Origin: the human T2T-CHM13v2.0 reference genome, Homo sapiens
DNA: 64,000 bases
Reading direction: 5' to 3' (one strand)
Assembly: GCF_009914755.1 (NCBI RefSeq)
Contig: NC_060938.1
In this document: piece after piece, positions 13,601 to 28,130 of the stretch
Layout: each line of letters begins with the position of its first letter
Numbering within the stretch: the stretch's first letter is position 1
Made by a program: the position numbers and the translations under genes
The notes under the pieces: generated by a model
Told to the model about the DNA's origin: nothing
Seen by the model: the letters and a program-made list of their open reading frames with translations, nothing else
The model's database searches: none

Positions 13601-16600
13601 TGGAATGGATTAAATCCGGGTGTAGTGGAATGGAATGGAATGGAATGGAATGGAATGGAATGGAATGGAATGGAATGGAATTTAGTGGAATGGAATGGAA
13701 TGGAATGTAAAGGAATGGAATGGAATCAACCAGAATGGAATGGAACGGAATGGAATGGAAAGGAATGGAAAGGAATGGAATGGAATAGAATGGAATGGAA
13801 TGGAATGGAATCAACCCGAATGGGATGGCATGAAATGGAACGGAATGCAATGGAATGGAATGGAATGGAATGGAATCTCCCTAAGTGCAATAGAATGGAA
13901 TGGAATGCAATGGAATCCACCCGAGTGGAATGGAATGGAATAGAAAGAAATCAACCCTAATGGAATTGAACGGAATGGAATGGAAAGGAATGGAATGGAA
14001 TGGAATGGAATGGAATCAACCCGAATGGGATGCCATGGAATGGAATTGAATGGAATGGAATGGAATGGAATGGAATGGAATGGAATGGAATGGAATCAAC
14101 ACGAGTGGAATGGAATGGAAAGGAATGGAATCAACACGAGTGGAATGAAATGGAATGTAATGCAATGGGATGGAGTGGAATCAACCCGAGCGGAATGGAA
14201 TGGAATGCAGTGGAAAGGAATGAAATGGAATGGATCGGAATGGAATCCAATGGAATCAACTGGAATGGAATGGTATGGAAGGGAATGGAATGGAATGGAA
14301 TGGAATGGAATAAATCCGGGTGGAGTGGAATGGAATGTAATGGAGTGGAATATAATGGAATTTATTGAAATGGAATGGAATGGAATGGAATGGAACGGAA
14401 TGGAATGGAATGAAATGGATTGGATCGGAATGGAATCCAATGGAATCAACTGGAATGGAATGGAATGGAATGGAATAAATCCGTGTGGAGTGGAATGGAA
14501 TGTAATGGAGTGGAATGGAATGGAATGGAATGGAATGGAATGGAATGGAAAGGAATCAACCCGAATGGAATTGAACGGAATGGAATGGAAAGGAATGGAA
14601 TGGAATGGAACGGAATGGAATCAACCCAAATGGGATGGCATGGAATGGAATGGAATGGAATGGAATGGAATGGAATCAACCCAAGTGCAATGGATGGAAT
14701 GGAATGCAATGGAATCCACACGAGTGGAATGGAATGGAATGGACTGGAATGGAATGGAATGCAATGGAATTCAATGGAGTGGAATGGAACGGAATAGAGT
14801 GGAATTGAATAAACACCAGGGGAATGAAATGGATTGCAGTGAAATGGAATGGAAAGGAATGGAATGGAATGAAATCAACCCGAATGGAATGCAACGGATT
14901 GGAATGGAATGGAAAGGAATGAATGGAATGGAATGGTGAGGAATCAACACGAGAGGAATGGAATGGAATGGAACGGAACGGAATAGAAAGAAATGGAATG
15001 GAATGAACCCGAATGGAATGGAATGGATTGGAATGGAATGGAATGGAATCAACCCGAGCGGAAAGGAATGGAATGCAATGGAGTGGAATGGAATGTAATG
15101 GAATGGAATGGAATGGAATGGAATCATCACGAATGGAATGGAACGGAGTGGAATGGGATGGAATGGAATGGAATGGAAATTAATCAACACGAATGGAATG
15201 GAATGGAATGGAATGGAATGGAATGGAATGCAATGCAATGGAATGGAATAAATCTGGGTGGAGTGGAATGGAATGAAACGGAGTGGAATGTAATGGAATT
15301 TAGTGGAATGGAATGGAATGGAATGGAATGAAATGGATTGGATCGGAATGGAATCCAATGGCATCAACTGGAATGGAATGGAATGGAATGGAATGGAATG
15401 GAATGGAATAAATCCGGGTGGAGTGGAATGGAATGTAATGGAGTGGAATGTAATGGAATTTAGTGGAAGGGAATGGAATGGAATGGAATGAAATGGATTG
15501 GAACGGAATGGAATCCAATGGAATCAACTGGAATGGAATGGAATGGAATGGAATGAAATGGAAAGGAACGGAATGGAATCAACACGAGTGGAATGGGATG
15601 GATCGGAATGGAATCAACCCGAGTGGAATGGAATGGAATGGAATGGAAAGGAATGGAATGGAATAGAATGGAATGGAATGGAATGGAATGGAATCAACCC
15701 GAATGGAATGGCATGGAATGGCATTGAATGGAATACAATGGAATGGAATGGAATGGAATGGAATGGAATGGAATGGAATGGAATCCACCCAAGTGCAATG
15801 GAATGGAATGGAATGCAATGGAATCCACCCGAGTGTAATGGAATGGAATGGAATGGAATGGAATGGAATGGAATGGAGTGGAATGGAACGGAATGGAGTG
15901 GAATGCAATAAACACCAGGGGAATGAAATGGATTGGAATGAAGTGGAATGGAATGGAATGGAATGAAATCAACCCGAGAGGAATGGAACGGAATGGAATG
16001 GAATGGAAAGGAATGAATGGAATGGAATGGTGTGGAATCAACACGAGGGGAATGGAATGGAATGGAACGGAACGGAACAGAATGGAAAGGAATGGAATGG
16101 AATGAACCCGAATGGAATGGAATGGATTGGAATGGAATGGAATGGAATCAACCCGAGCGGAAAGGAATGGAATGGAATGGAGTGGAATGTAATGGAATGG
16201 AATGGAATGGAATGGAATGGAATCAACACAAATGGAATGGAATGGAATGGAATGGGATAGGATGGAATGGTATGGAATGGAAGTTAATCAACACGAATGG
16301 AATGGAACGGAATGGAATGGAATGGAATGGAAAGGAATGGAATGCAATGGAATGGAATTAAATGGAAAGGAACGGAATGGAATCAACACGAGTGGATTGG
16401 AAAGGAATGGAATGGAATCAACAACAGTGGAATGAACTGGAATGTAATGCAATGGGATGGAGTGGAATCAACACGAGTGGAATGGAATGGAATGGAATGG
16501 AATGGAAAGGAATGGAATGGAATGAAATGGAATGGATTGGAGTGGAATCCAATGGAATCAACTGGAATGGAATGGAATGGAATGGAATGGAATGGAATGC

Positions 16601-18840
16601 AATGGAATGGAATAAATCTGCGTGGAGTGGAATGGAATGAAACGGAGTGGAATGTAATGGAATTTAGTGGAATGGAATGGAATGAAATGGAATGGAATGA
16701 AATGGATTGGATCGGAATGGAACCCAATGGAATCAACTGGAATGGAATGGAACGGAATTGAATGGAAAAAATCCGGGTGGAGTGGAATGGAATGTAATGG
16801 AGTGGAATGGAATGGAATTTAGTGCAATGGAATGGAATGGAATGGAATGGAATGAAATGGATTGGATCGGAATGGAATCCAATGGAATCAACTGGAATGG
16901 AATGGAATGGAATAAATCCGGGTGGAGTGGAATGGAATGTAATGGAGTGGAAAGGAATGGAATTTAATGGAATGGAATGGAAAGGAATGGAATGAAATGG
17001 AATGGAATGGAATCAACCCGAATGGGATGGCATGGAATGAAATTGAATGGAATGGAATGGAATGGAATGGAATGGAATCAACACGAATGGAATGGAACGG
17101 AATGGAAAGCAATGGAATGGAATGGAATGGAAAGGAATGGAATGGAATGGAAGGGAATCAACCCGAATGGGATGGCATGGAATGGAATTGAATGGAATGG
17201 AATGGAATGGAATGGAATGGAATGGAATGGAATGGAATGGAATCCACCCAAGTGCAATGCAATGGAATGGAATGCAATGGAATCCACCCGAGTGGAATGG
17301 AATGGAATGGAACGGAATGGAATGGAATGGAATGGAGTGGAATGGAACGGAATGGAGTGGAATGGAATAAACACCAGGGAATGAAATGGATTGGAATGAA
17401 ATGGAATGGAATGGAATGAAATCAACCAGAGTGGAATGCAACAGAATGGAATTGAATGGAAAGGAATGAATGGAATGGAATGGGGTGGAATCAACACGAG
17501 AGGAATGGAATGGAATGGAATGGAAAGGAACGGAATGGAAAGCAATGGAAAGGAGTGAACCCGAATGGAATGGAATGGATCGGAATGGAATGGAATGGAA
17601 TCAACCCGAGCGGAAAGGAATGGAATGCAATGGAGTGGAATGAAATGTAATGGAAAGGAATGGAATGGAATAGAATCAACACGAATGGAATGGAATGGAA
17701 TGGAATTGGGTGGGATGGAATGGAATGGAATGGAAGTTAATCAACACGAATGGAATGGATCGGAATGTAATCGAATGGAATGGAATGGAATGGAATGAAA
17801 TGGAAAGGAACGGAATAGAATCAACACGAGTGGAATGGAATGGAACGGAATGGAATCAACCCGAGTGGAAAGAAATGGAATGTAATGCAATGGGATGGAG
17901 TGGAATCAACCCGAGTGGAATGGAAAGGAATGGAATGGAATGGAATGGAATGGAATGGATTGGAATGGAATCCAATGGAATCAACTGGAATGGAATGGAA
18001 TGGAATGGAATGGAATGGAATGGAATGGAATGGAATGGAATAAATCCGGGTGGAGTGGAATGGAATGTAATGGAGTGGAATATAATGGAATTTAGTGGAA
18101 TGGAATTGAATGGATTGGAATGGAATGAAATGGATTGGATCGGAATGGAAGGCAATGGAATCAACTGGAATGGAATGGAATGGAATGGAATGGAATAAAT
18201 CCGGATTGAGTGGAATGGAATGTAATGGAGTAGAATGTAATGGAATTTAGTGGAATGGAATGGAATGGAATGGAATGGAAAGGAATCAACCCGAATGGAA
18301 TGGAAAAGAATCGAATGGAAATAAATGGAATGGAATGGAAATAAATTGAATGGAATGGAATGGAATCAACCCAAGTGCAATGGAATGGAATGGAATGCAA
18401 TGGAGCCACCCGAGTGGAATTGAATGGAATGGAATGGAATGGAATAAATCCGGGTGGAGTGGAATGGAATGGAATGGAGTGGAATGTAATGGAATTTAGT
18501 GGAATGGAATGGAATGGAATGGAATGGAGTGGAATATAATGGAATTTAGTGGAATGGAATGGAATGGACTGGAATGAAATGGATTGGAATGGAATGGAAT
18601 GGAATCAACCAGAATGGAATGGAACGGAATGGAATGGAATGGAATGGAATGGAATGGAATAGAATGGAATGGAATCAACACGAATGACGTGGCATAGAAT
18701 GGAATGGAATGGAATGGAATGGAATGGAATGGAATCAACCCGAATGGAATGGAACGAAATGGAAGGGAAATGAATGGAATGGAGTGGAATGGAATTGAAT
18801 GGAATGGAATCAACCCGAGCTGAAAGGAATGGAATGGAAT
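10608..18840 (+). repeat. Large duplication A, copy 2
   Basis: Collinear with 1-8270. Differences are mainly whole-pentamer indels plus one replaced block (about 15200-15410). The match is lost after about 18840. Confidence 0.93.
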
Positions 18841-21099
18841 GGAGTGGAATGGAATGGAATGCAATGGAATGGAATGGAATGGAATGGAATCAACACGAAT
18901 GGAATGGAACGGAATGGAATGGGATGGGAAGGAATGGAATGGAATGCAAGTTAATCAAGACGAATGGAATGGAACGGAATGGAATGGAATGAAAAGGAAA
19001 GGAAAAGCATTGCATCAACATGAGTGGGATGGAATGGAACGGAATGGAATCAACCAGAGTGGAATGAAATGGAATGTAATGCAGTGGGATGGAGTGGAAT
19101 CACCCCGAGTGGAATGGAATGGAATGAAATGGAATGGATCGGAATGGAATCCAATGGAATCAGCTGGAATGGAATGGAATGGAATGGAATGGAATGGAAT
19201 GGAATGGAATAAATCCGGGTGGAGTGGAATGGAATGTAATGGAGTGGAATGTAATGGAATTTAGTGGAATGGAATGGAATGGAGTGGAATGAAATGGATT
19301 GGAATGGAATGGAATCAACCCGAATGGAATGGAACGGAATGGAATGGAATGGAATGGAATGGAATGGAATCAACACGAATGACATGGCATAGAATGGAAT
19401 GGAATGGAATGGAATGGAAAGGAATGGAATCAACCCGAATGGAATGGAATGAAATGGAATGGAAATGAATGGAATGGAATGGAATGGAATTGAATGGAAT
19501 AGAATCAACCCGAATGGCATGGCATGGAATGGCATGGAATGGAATGGAATGGAATGGAATGGAATGGAATGGAATCAACACAAGTGCAATGGAATGGAAT
19601 GGAATGCAATGGAATCCACCCGAGTTGAATGGAATGGAATGGAATGGAATGGAATGGAATGGAGTGGAATGGAACGGAATGGAGTGGAATGGAATAAACA
19701 CCAGGGGAATGAAATGGATTGGAATGAAATGGAATGGAATGGAGTGGAATGGAATGAAATCAACCCGAGTGGAATGGAACGGAATGGAATAGAATGGAAA
19801 GGAATGAATGGAATTGAATTGTGTGGAATCAACACGAGAGGAATGGAATGGAATGGAATGGAACGGAACGGAATGGAAAGGAATGGAATGGAATGAACCC
19901 GAATGGAATGGAATGGATTGGAATGGAATGGAATGGAATCAACCCGAGCGGAAAGGAATGGAATGGAATGGAGTGGAATGGAATGCAATGGAATGGAATG
20001 GAATGGAATCAACACGAATGGAATGGAACGGAATGGAATGGGATGGGATGGAATGGAATGGAATGCAAGTTAATCAACACGAATGGAATGGAACGGAATG
20101 GAATGGAATGAAAAGGAAAGGAACAGAATGGCATCAACACGAATGGAATGGAATGGAACGGAAAGGAATCAACCCGAGTGGAATGAAATGGAATGTAATG
20201 CAATGGGATGGAGGGGAATCACCCCGAGTGGAATGGAATAGAATGGAATGGAATGAAATGGAATGGATCGGAATGGAATCCAATGGAATCAACTGGAATG
20301 GAATGGAATGGAATAGAATGGAATGGAATGGAATAAATCCGGGTGGAGTGGAATGGAATGTAATGGATTGGAATGAAATGGAATTTAGTGGAATGGAATG
20401 GAATGGAATGGAAAGGAATGGAATGAAATGGATTGGATCGCAATGGAATACAATGGAATCAACTGGAATGGAATGGAATGGAATGGAATGGAATAAATCC
20501 GGTTGGAGTGGAATGGAATGTAATGGAGTGGAATGGATTGGAATTTAGTGGAATGGAATGGAATGGAATGGAATGGAATGGAATGGAATGGAATGGATTT
20601 AGTTGGAATGGAATCCATTGGAATCAACTGGAATGGAATGGAATGGAATGCAATGGAATGTAATGGAATCTAATGGAATGGAATGGAATGGAATGGAATG
20701 AAATGGATTGGATAGGAATGGAATCCAATGGAATCAACTGGAATGGAATGGAATGGAATGGAATGCAATGGAATGGAATAAATCCGGGTGGAGAGGAATG
20801 GAATGTAATGGAGTGGAATGCAATGGAATTTAGTGGAATGGAATGGAATGGAATGGAATGGAATGGAATGGAATGGAATGGAATTAACCCGAATGGAATG
20901 GAACGGAATGGAATGGAATGGAATGGAATGGAATGGAATGGAATGGAATCAACACGAATGACAGGGCATAGAATGGAATGGAATGGAATGGAATGGAATG
21001 GAATGGAATGGAATGGATTGGAATGGAATCAACCCGAATGGAATGGAACGAAATGGAATGGAAATGAATGGAATGGAATGGAATGGAATGGAATAGAAT

Positions 21100-21810
21100 G
21101 GAATCAACCCGAATGGGATGGCATGGAATGGAATTGAATGGAATGGAATGGAATGGAATGGAATGGAATCAACACGAGTGGAATGGAATGGAACGGAATG
21201 GAATCAACACGAGTGGAATGAAATGGAATGTAATGCAATGGGATGGAGTGGAATCAACCCAAGCGGAATGGAATGGAATGCAGTGGAAAGGAATGAAATG
21301 GAATGGATCGGAATGGAATCCAATGGAATCAACTGGAATGGAATGGTATGGAAGGGAATGGAATGGAATGGAATGGAATGGAATAAATCCGGGTGGAGTG
21401 GAATGGAATGTAATGGAGTGGAATATAATGGAATTTATTGAAATGGAATGGAATGGAATGGAATGGAACGCAATGGAATGGAATGAAATGGATTGGATCG
21501 GAATGGAATCCAATGGAATCAACTGGAATGGAATGGAATGGAATGGAATAAATCCGTGTGGAGTGGAATGGAATGTAATGGAGTGGATTGGAATGGAATG
21601 GAATGGAATGGAATGGAAAGGAATCAACCCGAATGGAATTGAACGGAATGGAATGGAAAGGAATGGAATGGAATGGAACGGAATGGAATCAACCCGAATG
21701 GGATGGCATGGAATGGAATGGAATGGAATGGAATGGAATGGAATCAACCCAAGTGCAATGGATGGAATGGAATGCAATGGAATCCACCCGAGTGGAATGG
21801 AATGGAATGG
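21100..21810 (+). repeat. Third, partial copy (about 0.7 kb) of an internal part of duplication A
   Basis: GAATTTATTGAAATGG at 3711, about 14358 and 21431. AATCCGTGTG at 3831, about 14478 and 21551. The GCAATGGATGG 1-bp deletion is shared at about 4035, 14687 and 21755. Confidence 0.85.
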
Positions 21811-24559
21811 AATGGAAAGGAATGAATGGAAGGGAATGGGGTGGAATCAACACGAGAGGAATGGAATGGAATGGAATGGAAAGGAACGGAATGGAAAGGA
21901 ATGGAACGGAATGAACCCTAATGGAATGGAATGGAATGGAATGGAATCAACATGAATGGAATTGAACGGAATGGAATGGGATGGGATGGAATGGAATGGA
22001 ATGGAATGGAATGGAATGGAATGGAATGGAATCAACACGAATGTAATGGAACGGAATGGAATGGAATGGAATGGAATGGAATGGAATGAACACGAGCGGA
22101 AAGGAATGGAATGGAATGGAGTGGAATGTAATGTAATGGAATGGAATGGAATGGAATGGAATCAACACGAATGGAATGGAACGGAATGGAATGGGATGGT
22201 ATGGAATGGAATGCAATGGAAGTTATTCAACACGAATGGAATGGAACGGAATGGAATGGAATGGAATGGAATGTAATGGAATGAACCCGAATGGAATGGA
22301 ATGGATTGGAATGGAACGGAATGGAATCAACCCGAGCGGAAAGGAATGGAATGGAATGGAGTGGAAAGGAATGGAATCAACCCGAGCGGAAAGGAATGGA
22401 ATGGAATGGAGTGGAATGGAATGTAATGCAATGGAATGGAATGGAATGGAATCAACACGAATGCATTGGAACGGAATGGAATGCGATGGGATGGAATGGA
22501 ATGGAATGGAAGTTAATCAACACGAATGGAATGGAACGGAATGCAATGGAACGGAACGGAATGGAATGGAATGGAATGGAATGGAATGAATTGGAAAGGA
22601 AAGGAATGGAATCAACACGAGTGGAATGGAATGGAACGGAATGGAATCAACCCGAGTGGAATGAAATGCAATGTAATGCAATGGGATGGAGTGGAATCAA
22701 CCCGAGTGGAATGGAATGGAATGGAGTGGAACGAAATGGAATGGATCGGAGTGGAATCCAATGGAATCAACTGGAATGGAATGGAATGGAATTTAACAAA
22801 TCCGGGTGGAGTGGAATGGAATGTTATGGAGTGGAATGTACTGGAATTTAGTGGAATGGAATGGAATGGAATGGAATGAAATGGATTGGATTAGAATAGA
22901 ATCCAATGGAATCAACTGCAATGGAATGGAATGGAATGGAATGGAATGGAATGGAATGGAATAAATCCGGGTGGAGTGGAATGGAATGTAATGCAGTGGA
23001 ATGGAATGGATTTTACTGGAATGGAATGGAATGGAATGGAATGGAATGGAATGGAATCAACCCAAGTGCAATGGAATGGAATGGAATACAATGGAATCCA
23101 CCCGAGTGGAATGGAATGGAATGGAATGGAATGGAATGGAATGGAATGGAGTGGTATGGAATAAACACCAGGGGAATGAAATGGATTGGAATGAAATGGA
23201 ATGGAATGGAATGGAATGGAATGAAATCAAACCGAGTGCAATGGAACGGAATGGAATGGAATGGAAAGGAATGAATGGAATGTAATGATGTGGACTCAAC
23301 ACGAGAGTAATGGAATGGAATGGAATGGAACGGAACGGAATGGAAAGGAATGGAATGGAATGAACCTTAATGGAATGGAATGGATTGGAATGGAATGGAA
23401 TGGAATGGAATGGAATGGAATCAACACGAATGGAATGGAACGGAATGGAATGGAATGGGATGGAATGGAATGGAATGGAAGTTAATCAACACGAATGGAA
23501 TGTAACGGAACGGAATGGAATGGAATGGAATGGAATGGAATGGAATGGAATGGAAGGAAATGGAACGGAACAGAATTGAATCAACAAGAGTGGAATGGAA
23601 TGGAACGAAATGGAATCAACCCGAGTGGAATGAAATGGTATGTAATGCAATGGGATGGAGTGGAATCAACCCGAGTGGAATGGAATCGAATGGAATGGAA
23701 TGGAATGAAATGGAATGGATCGGAATGGAATCCAATGGAATCAACTGGAATGGAATGGAATGGAATGGTATAAATCCGGGTGGAGTGGAATGGAATGTAA
23801 TGGAGTGGAATGTAATGGAATTTAGTGGAATGGAATGGAATGGAATGGAACGGAATGGAAACAACACGAATGGAATAGAACGGATTGGAATGGAAAGGAA
23901 TGGATTGGAATGGAATGGAATGGAATGGAATGGAATGGAATGGAATCAACCCAAGTGCAATGGAATGGAATGGAATGCAATGGAATCCTCCCAAGTGGAA
24001 TGGAATGGAATGGAATGGAATGGAATGGAATGGAATGGAGTGGAATGGAACTTAATGGAGTGGAATGGAATAAACACCAGGAGAATGAAATGGATTGGAA
24101 TGAAAAGGAATGGAATGGAATGGAATGGAATGAAATCAACCCGAGTGGAAAGGAACGCAATGGAATGAATGGAAGGGAATGTTGTGGAATCAACACGAGT
24201 GGAATGGAATGGATTGGAATGGAAAGCAACGGAATGGAAAGGAAGGGAATGGAATGAACCCGAATGGAATGGAATGGAATGGAATGGAATCAACACGAAT
24301 GGAATGGAACGGAATGGATTGGGATGGGATGGAACGGAATGGAATGGAATGGAATGGAATCAACACGAAAGGAATGGAACGGAATGGAATGGAATGGAAA
24401 GGAATGGAATGGAATGGAATGGAATGGAATGAATCCGAATGGAATGGAATGGATTGGAATGGAAAGGGTTGGAATCAACCAGAGCGGAAAGGAATGAAAT
24501 GGAATGGGATGGAATGGAATGGAATGGAATGGAATGGAATGAAATGGAATGCAATGGAA

Positions 24560-27500
24560 CGGAATGGAGTGGAATGCAATAAAAACCAGGGGAATGAAAT
24601 TGATTGGAATGAAGTGGAATGGAATGGAATGGAATGGAATCAACCCAAGCGGAAAGGAACGGAATGGAATGGAGTGGAATGTAATGTAATGGAATGGAAT
24701 GGAATGGAATGGAATCAACACAAATTGAATGGAACGGAATGGAATGGGATAGGATGGAATGGTATGGAATGGAAGTTAATCAACACGAATGGAATGGAAT
24801 GGAATGGAATGGAATGGAATGAAATGGAATGGATCGGAATGGAATCCAATGGAATCAACTGGAATGGAATGGAATGGAATGGAATGGAATGGAATGGAAT
24901 GGAATGCAATGGAATGGAATAAATCTGGGTGGAGTGGAATGGATGAAACGGAGTGGAATGTAATGGAATTTAGTGGAATGGAATGTAATGTACTGTAATG
25001 GAATGGAATGGAATGGAATGGAATGGAATTAAATGGATTGGATCGGAATGGAATCCAATGGAATCAACTGGAATGGAATGGAATGGAATGGAATGGAATA
25101 AATCCGGGTGGAGTGGAATGGAATGTAATGGAGTGGAATGGAATGGAATTTAGTGGAATGGAATGGAATGGAATGGAATCGAATGAAATGGATTGCATCG
25201 GAATGGAATCCAATGGAATCAACTGGAATGGAATGGAATGGAATAAATCCGGGTGGAGTGGAATGGAATGTAATGGAGTGGAATGGAATGGAATTTAGTG
25301 GAATGGAATGGAAAGGAATGGAATGCAATGGAATGGAATGGAATGGAATGGAATCAACCCGAATGGGATGGCATGGAATGGAATTGAATGGAATGGAATT
25401 TAATGCACTGTAATGGAATGGAATGGAATGGAATCAACCCAAGTGCAATGGAATGGAATGGAATACGATGGAATCCACCCGAGTGGAATGGAATGGAATG
25501 GAATGGAATGGAATGGAATGGAATGGAATGGAATGGAGTGGAATGGAACGGAATGGAGTGGAATGGAATAAACAACAGGGGAATGAATTGGATTGGAAAT
25601 AAATGGAATGGAATGGAATGGAATGAAATCAAACCGAGTGGAATGCAACGGAATGGAATGGAATGGAAAGGAATGAATGTAATGGAATGGGGTGGAATCA
25701 ACACGAGAGGAATGGAATGGAATGGAATGGAAAGGAACGGAATGGAAAGGAATGTAATGGAATGGGGTGGAATCAACACGAGAGGAATGGAATGGAATGG
25801 AATGGAAAGGAACGGAATGGAAAGGAATGCAATGGAATGGAATGGAAGCAACACGAATGGAATGGAACGGAATGGAATGGGATGGGATGGAATGGAATGG
25901 AATGGAATGGAATCAACACGAATGGAATGGAACGGAATGGAATGGGATGGGATGGAATGGAATGGAATGGAAGTTAATCAACACGAATGGAATGGAACGG
26001 AATGGAATGGAATGCAATGGAATGGAATGAACCCGAATGGAATGGAATGGATTGGAATGGAATGGAATGGAATCAACCTGAGCGGAAAGGAATGGAATGG
26101 AATGGAGTGGAATGGAATGGAATGGAGTGGAATGGAATGGAATGGAATGGAATGGAATGGAATCAACACGAATGGAATGGAACGGAATGGAATGGGATGG
26201 GATGCAATGGAATGGAATGGAAGTTAATCAACACGAATGGAATGGAAGGAATGGAATGGATTGGAATGGAATGAAATGGAAAGGAACGGAATGGAATCAA
26301 CACGAGTGGAATGGAATGGAATAAAATGGAAAGGAACAGAAATTAATCAACATGAGTGGAATGGAATGGAACGGAATGGAATCAACCCGAGTGGAATGAA
26401 ATGGAATGTAATGCAATGGGATGGATTAGAATCAGCCCGAGTGGAATGGAATGGAATGGAATGAAATGGAATGGATCGGAATGGAATCCAATGGAATCAA
26501 CAGGAATGGAATGGAATGGAATGGAATGGAATGGAATGGAATGGAATGGAATAAATCCGGGTGGAGTGGAATGGAATGTAATGGAGTGGAATGTAATGGA
26601 ATTTAGTGGAAAGGAATGGAATGGAATGGAATGGAATGGAATGGAATGAAATGGATTGGATAGGAATGGAATCCAATGGAGTCAACTGGAATGGAATGGA
26701 ATGGAATGGAAAGGAATGGAATAAATCCGGGTGGAGTGGAATGGAATGGAATGGAGTGGAATGGAATGGAATTTAATGGAATGGAATGGAATGGAATGGA
26801 ATGGAATGGAATGGAATCAACCCGAGTGGAATGGAACGGAATGGAATGGAAAGGAATGGAATGGAATGGAATGGAATAGAATGGAATGGAATGGAATGGA
26901 ATGGAATGGAATGGAATGGAGTGGAATGGAACGGAATGGAGTGGAATGCAATAAAAACCAGGGGAATGAAATTGATTGGAATGAAGTGGAATGGAATGGA
27001 ATGGAATGGAATCAACCCGAGCGGAAAGGAACGGAATGGAATGGAGTGGAATGTAATGTAATGGAATGGAATGGAATGGAATGGAATCAACACAAATGGA
27101 ATGGAACGGAATGGAATGGGATAGGATGGAATGGTATGGAATGGAAGTTAATCAACACGAATGGAATGGAATGGAATGGAATGGAATGGAATGGAATGAA
27201 ATGGAATGGATCGGAATGGAATCCAATGGAATCAACTGGAATGGAATGGAATGGAATGGAATGGAATGGAATGGAATGGAATGGAATGGAATGCAATGGA
27301 ATGGAATAAATCTGGGTGGAGTGGAATGGATGAAACGGAGTGGAATGTAATGGAATTTAGTGGAATGGAATGGAATGTACTGTAATGGAATGGAATGGAA
27401 TGGAATGGAATGGAATGGAATTAAATGGATTGGATCGGAATGGAATCCAATGGCATCAACTGGAATGGAATGGAATGGAATGGAATGGAATAAATCCGGG

Positions 27501-28130
27501 TGGAGTGGAATGGAATGTAATGGAGTGGAATGGAATGGAATTTAGTGGAATGGAATGGAATGGAATGGAATCGAATGAAATGGATTGTATCGGAATGGAA
27601 TCCAATGGAATCAACTGGAATGGAATGGAATGGAATAAATCCGGGTGGAGTGGAATGGAATGTAATGGAGTGGAATGGAATGGAATTTAGTGGAATGGAA
27701 TGGAAAGGAATGGAATGCAATGGAATGGAATGGAATGGAATGGAATCAACCCGAATGGGATGGCATGGAATGGAATTGAATGGAATGGAATGTAATGGAC
27801 TGTAATGGAATGGAATGGAATGGAATCAACCCAAGCGCAATGGAATGGAATGGAATGCAATGGAATCCACCCGAGTGGAATGGAATGGAATGGAATGGAA
27901 TGGAATGGAATGGAATGGAATGGAATGGAGTGGAATGGAACAGAATGGAGTGGAATGGAATGAACAACAGGGGAATGAATTGGATTGGAAATAAATGGAA
28001 TGGAATGGAATGGAATGAAATCAAACCGAGTGGAATGCCACGGAATGGAATGGAATGGAAAGGAATGAATGTAATGGAATGGGGTGGAATCAACACGAGA
28101 GGAATGGAATGGAATGGAAAGGAACGGAAT
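24560..28130 (+). repeat. About 1.2-kb segment repeated at about 2.4-kb spacing (about 24560-25740 and 26940-28130)
   Basis: Shared GCAATAAAAACCAGG, GGAATGGATGAAACGG, GTACTGTAAT and AACAACAGGGG...GGAAATAAAT. ORF pairs 25029/27421 and 25388/27780. The copies differ at several diagnostic sites, so this duplication is probably older than B or D. Confidence 0.8.
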
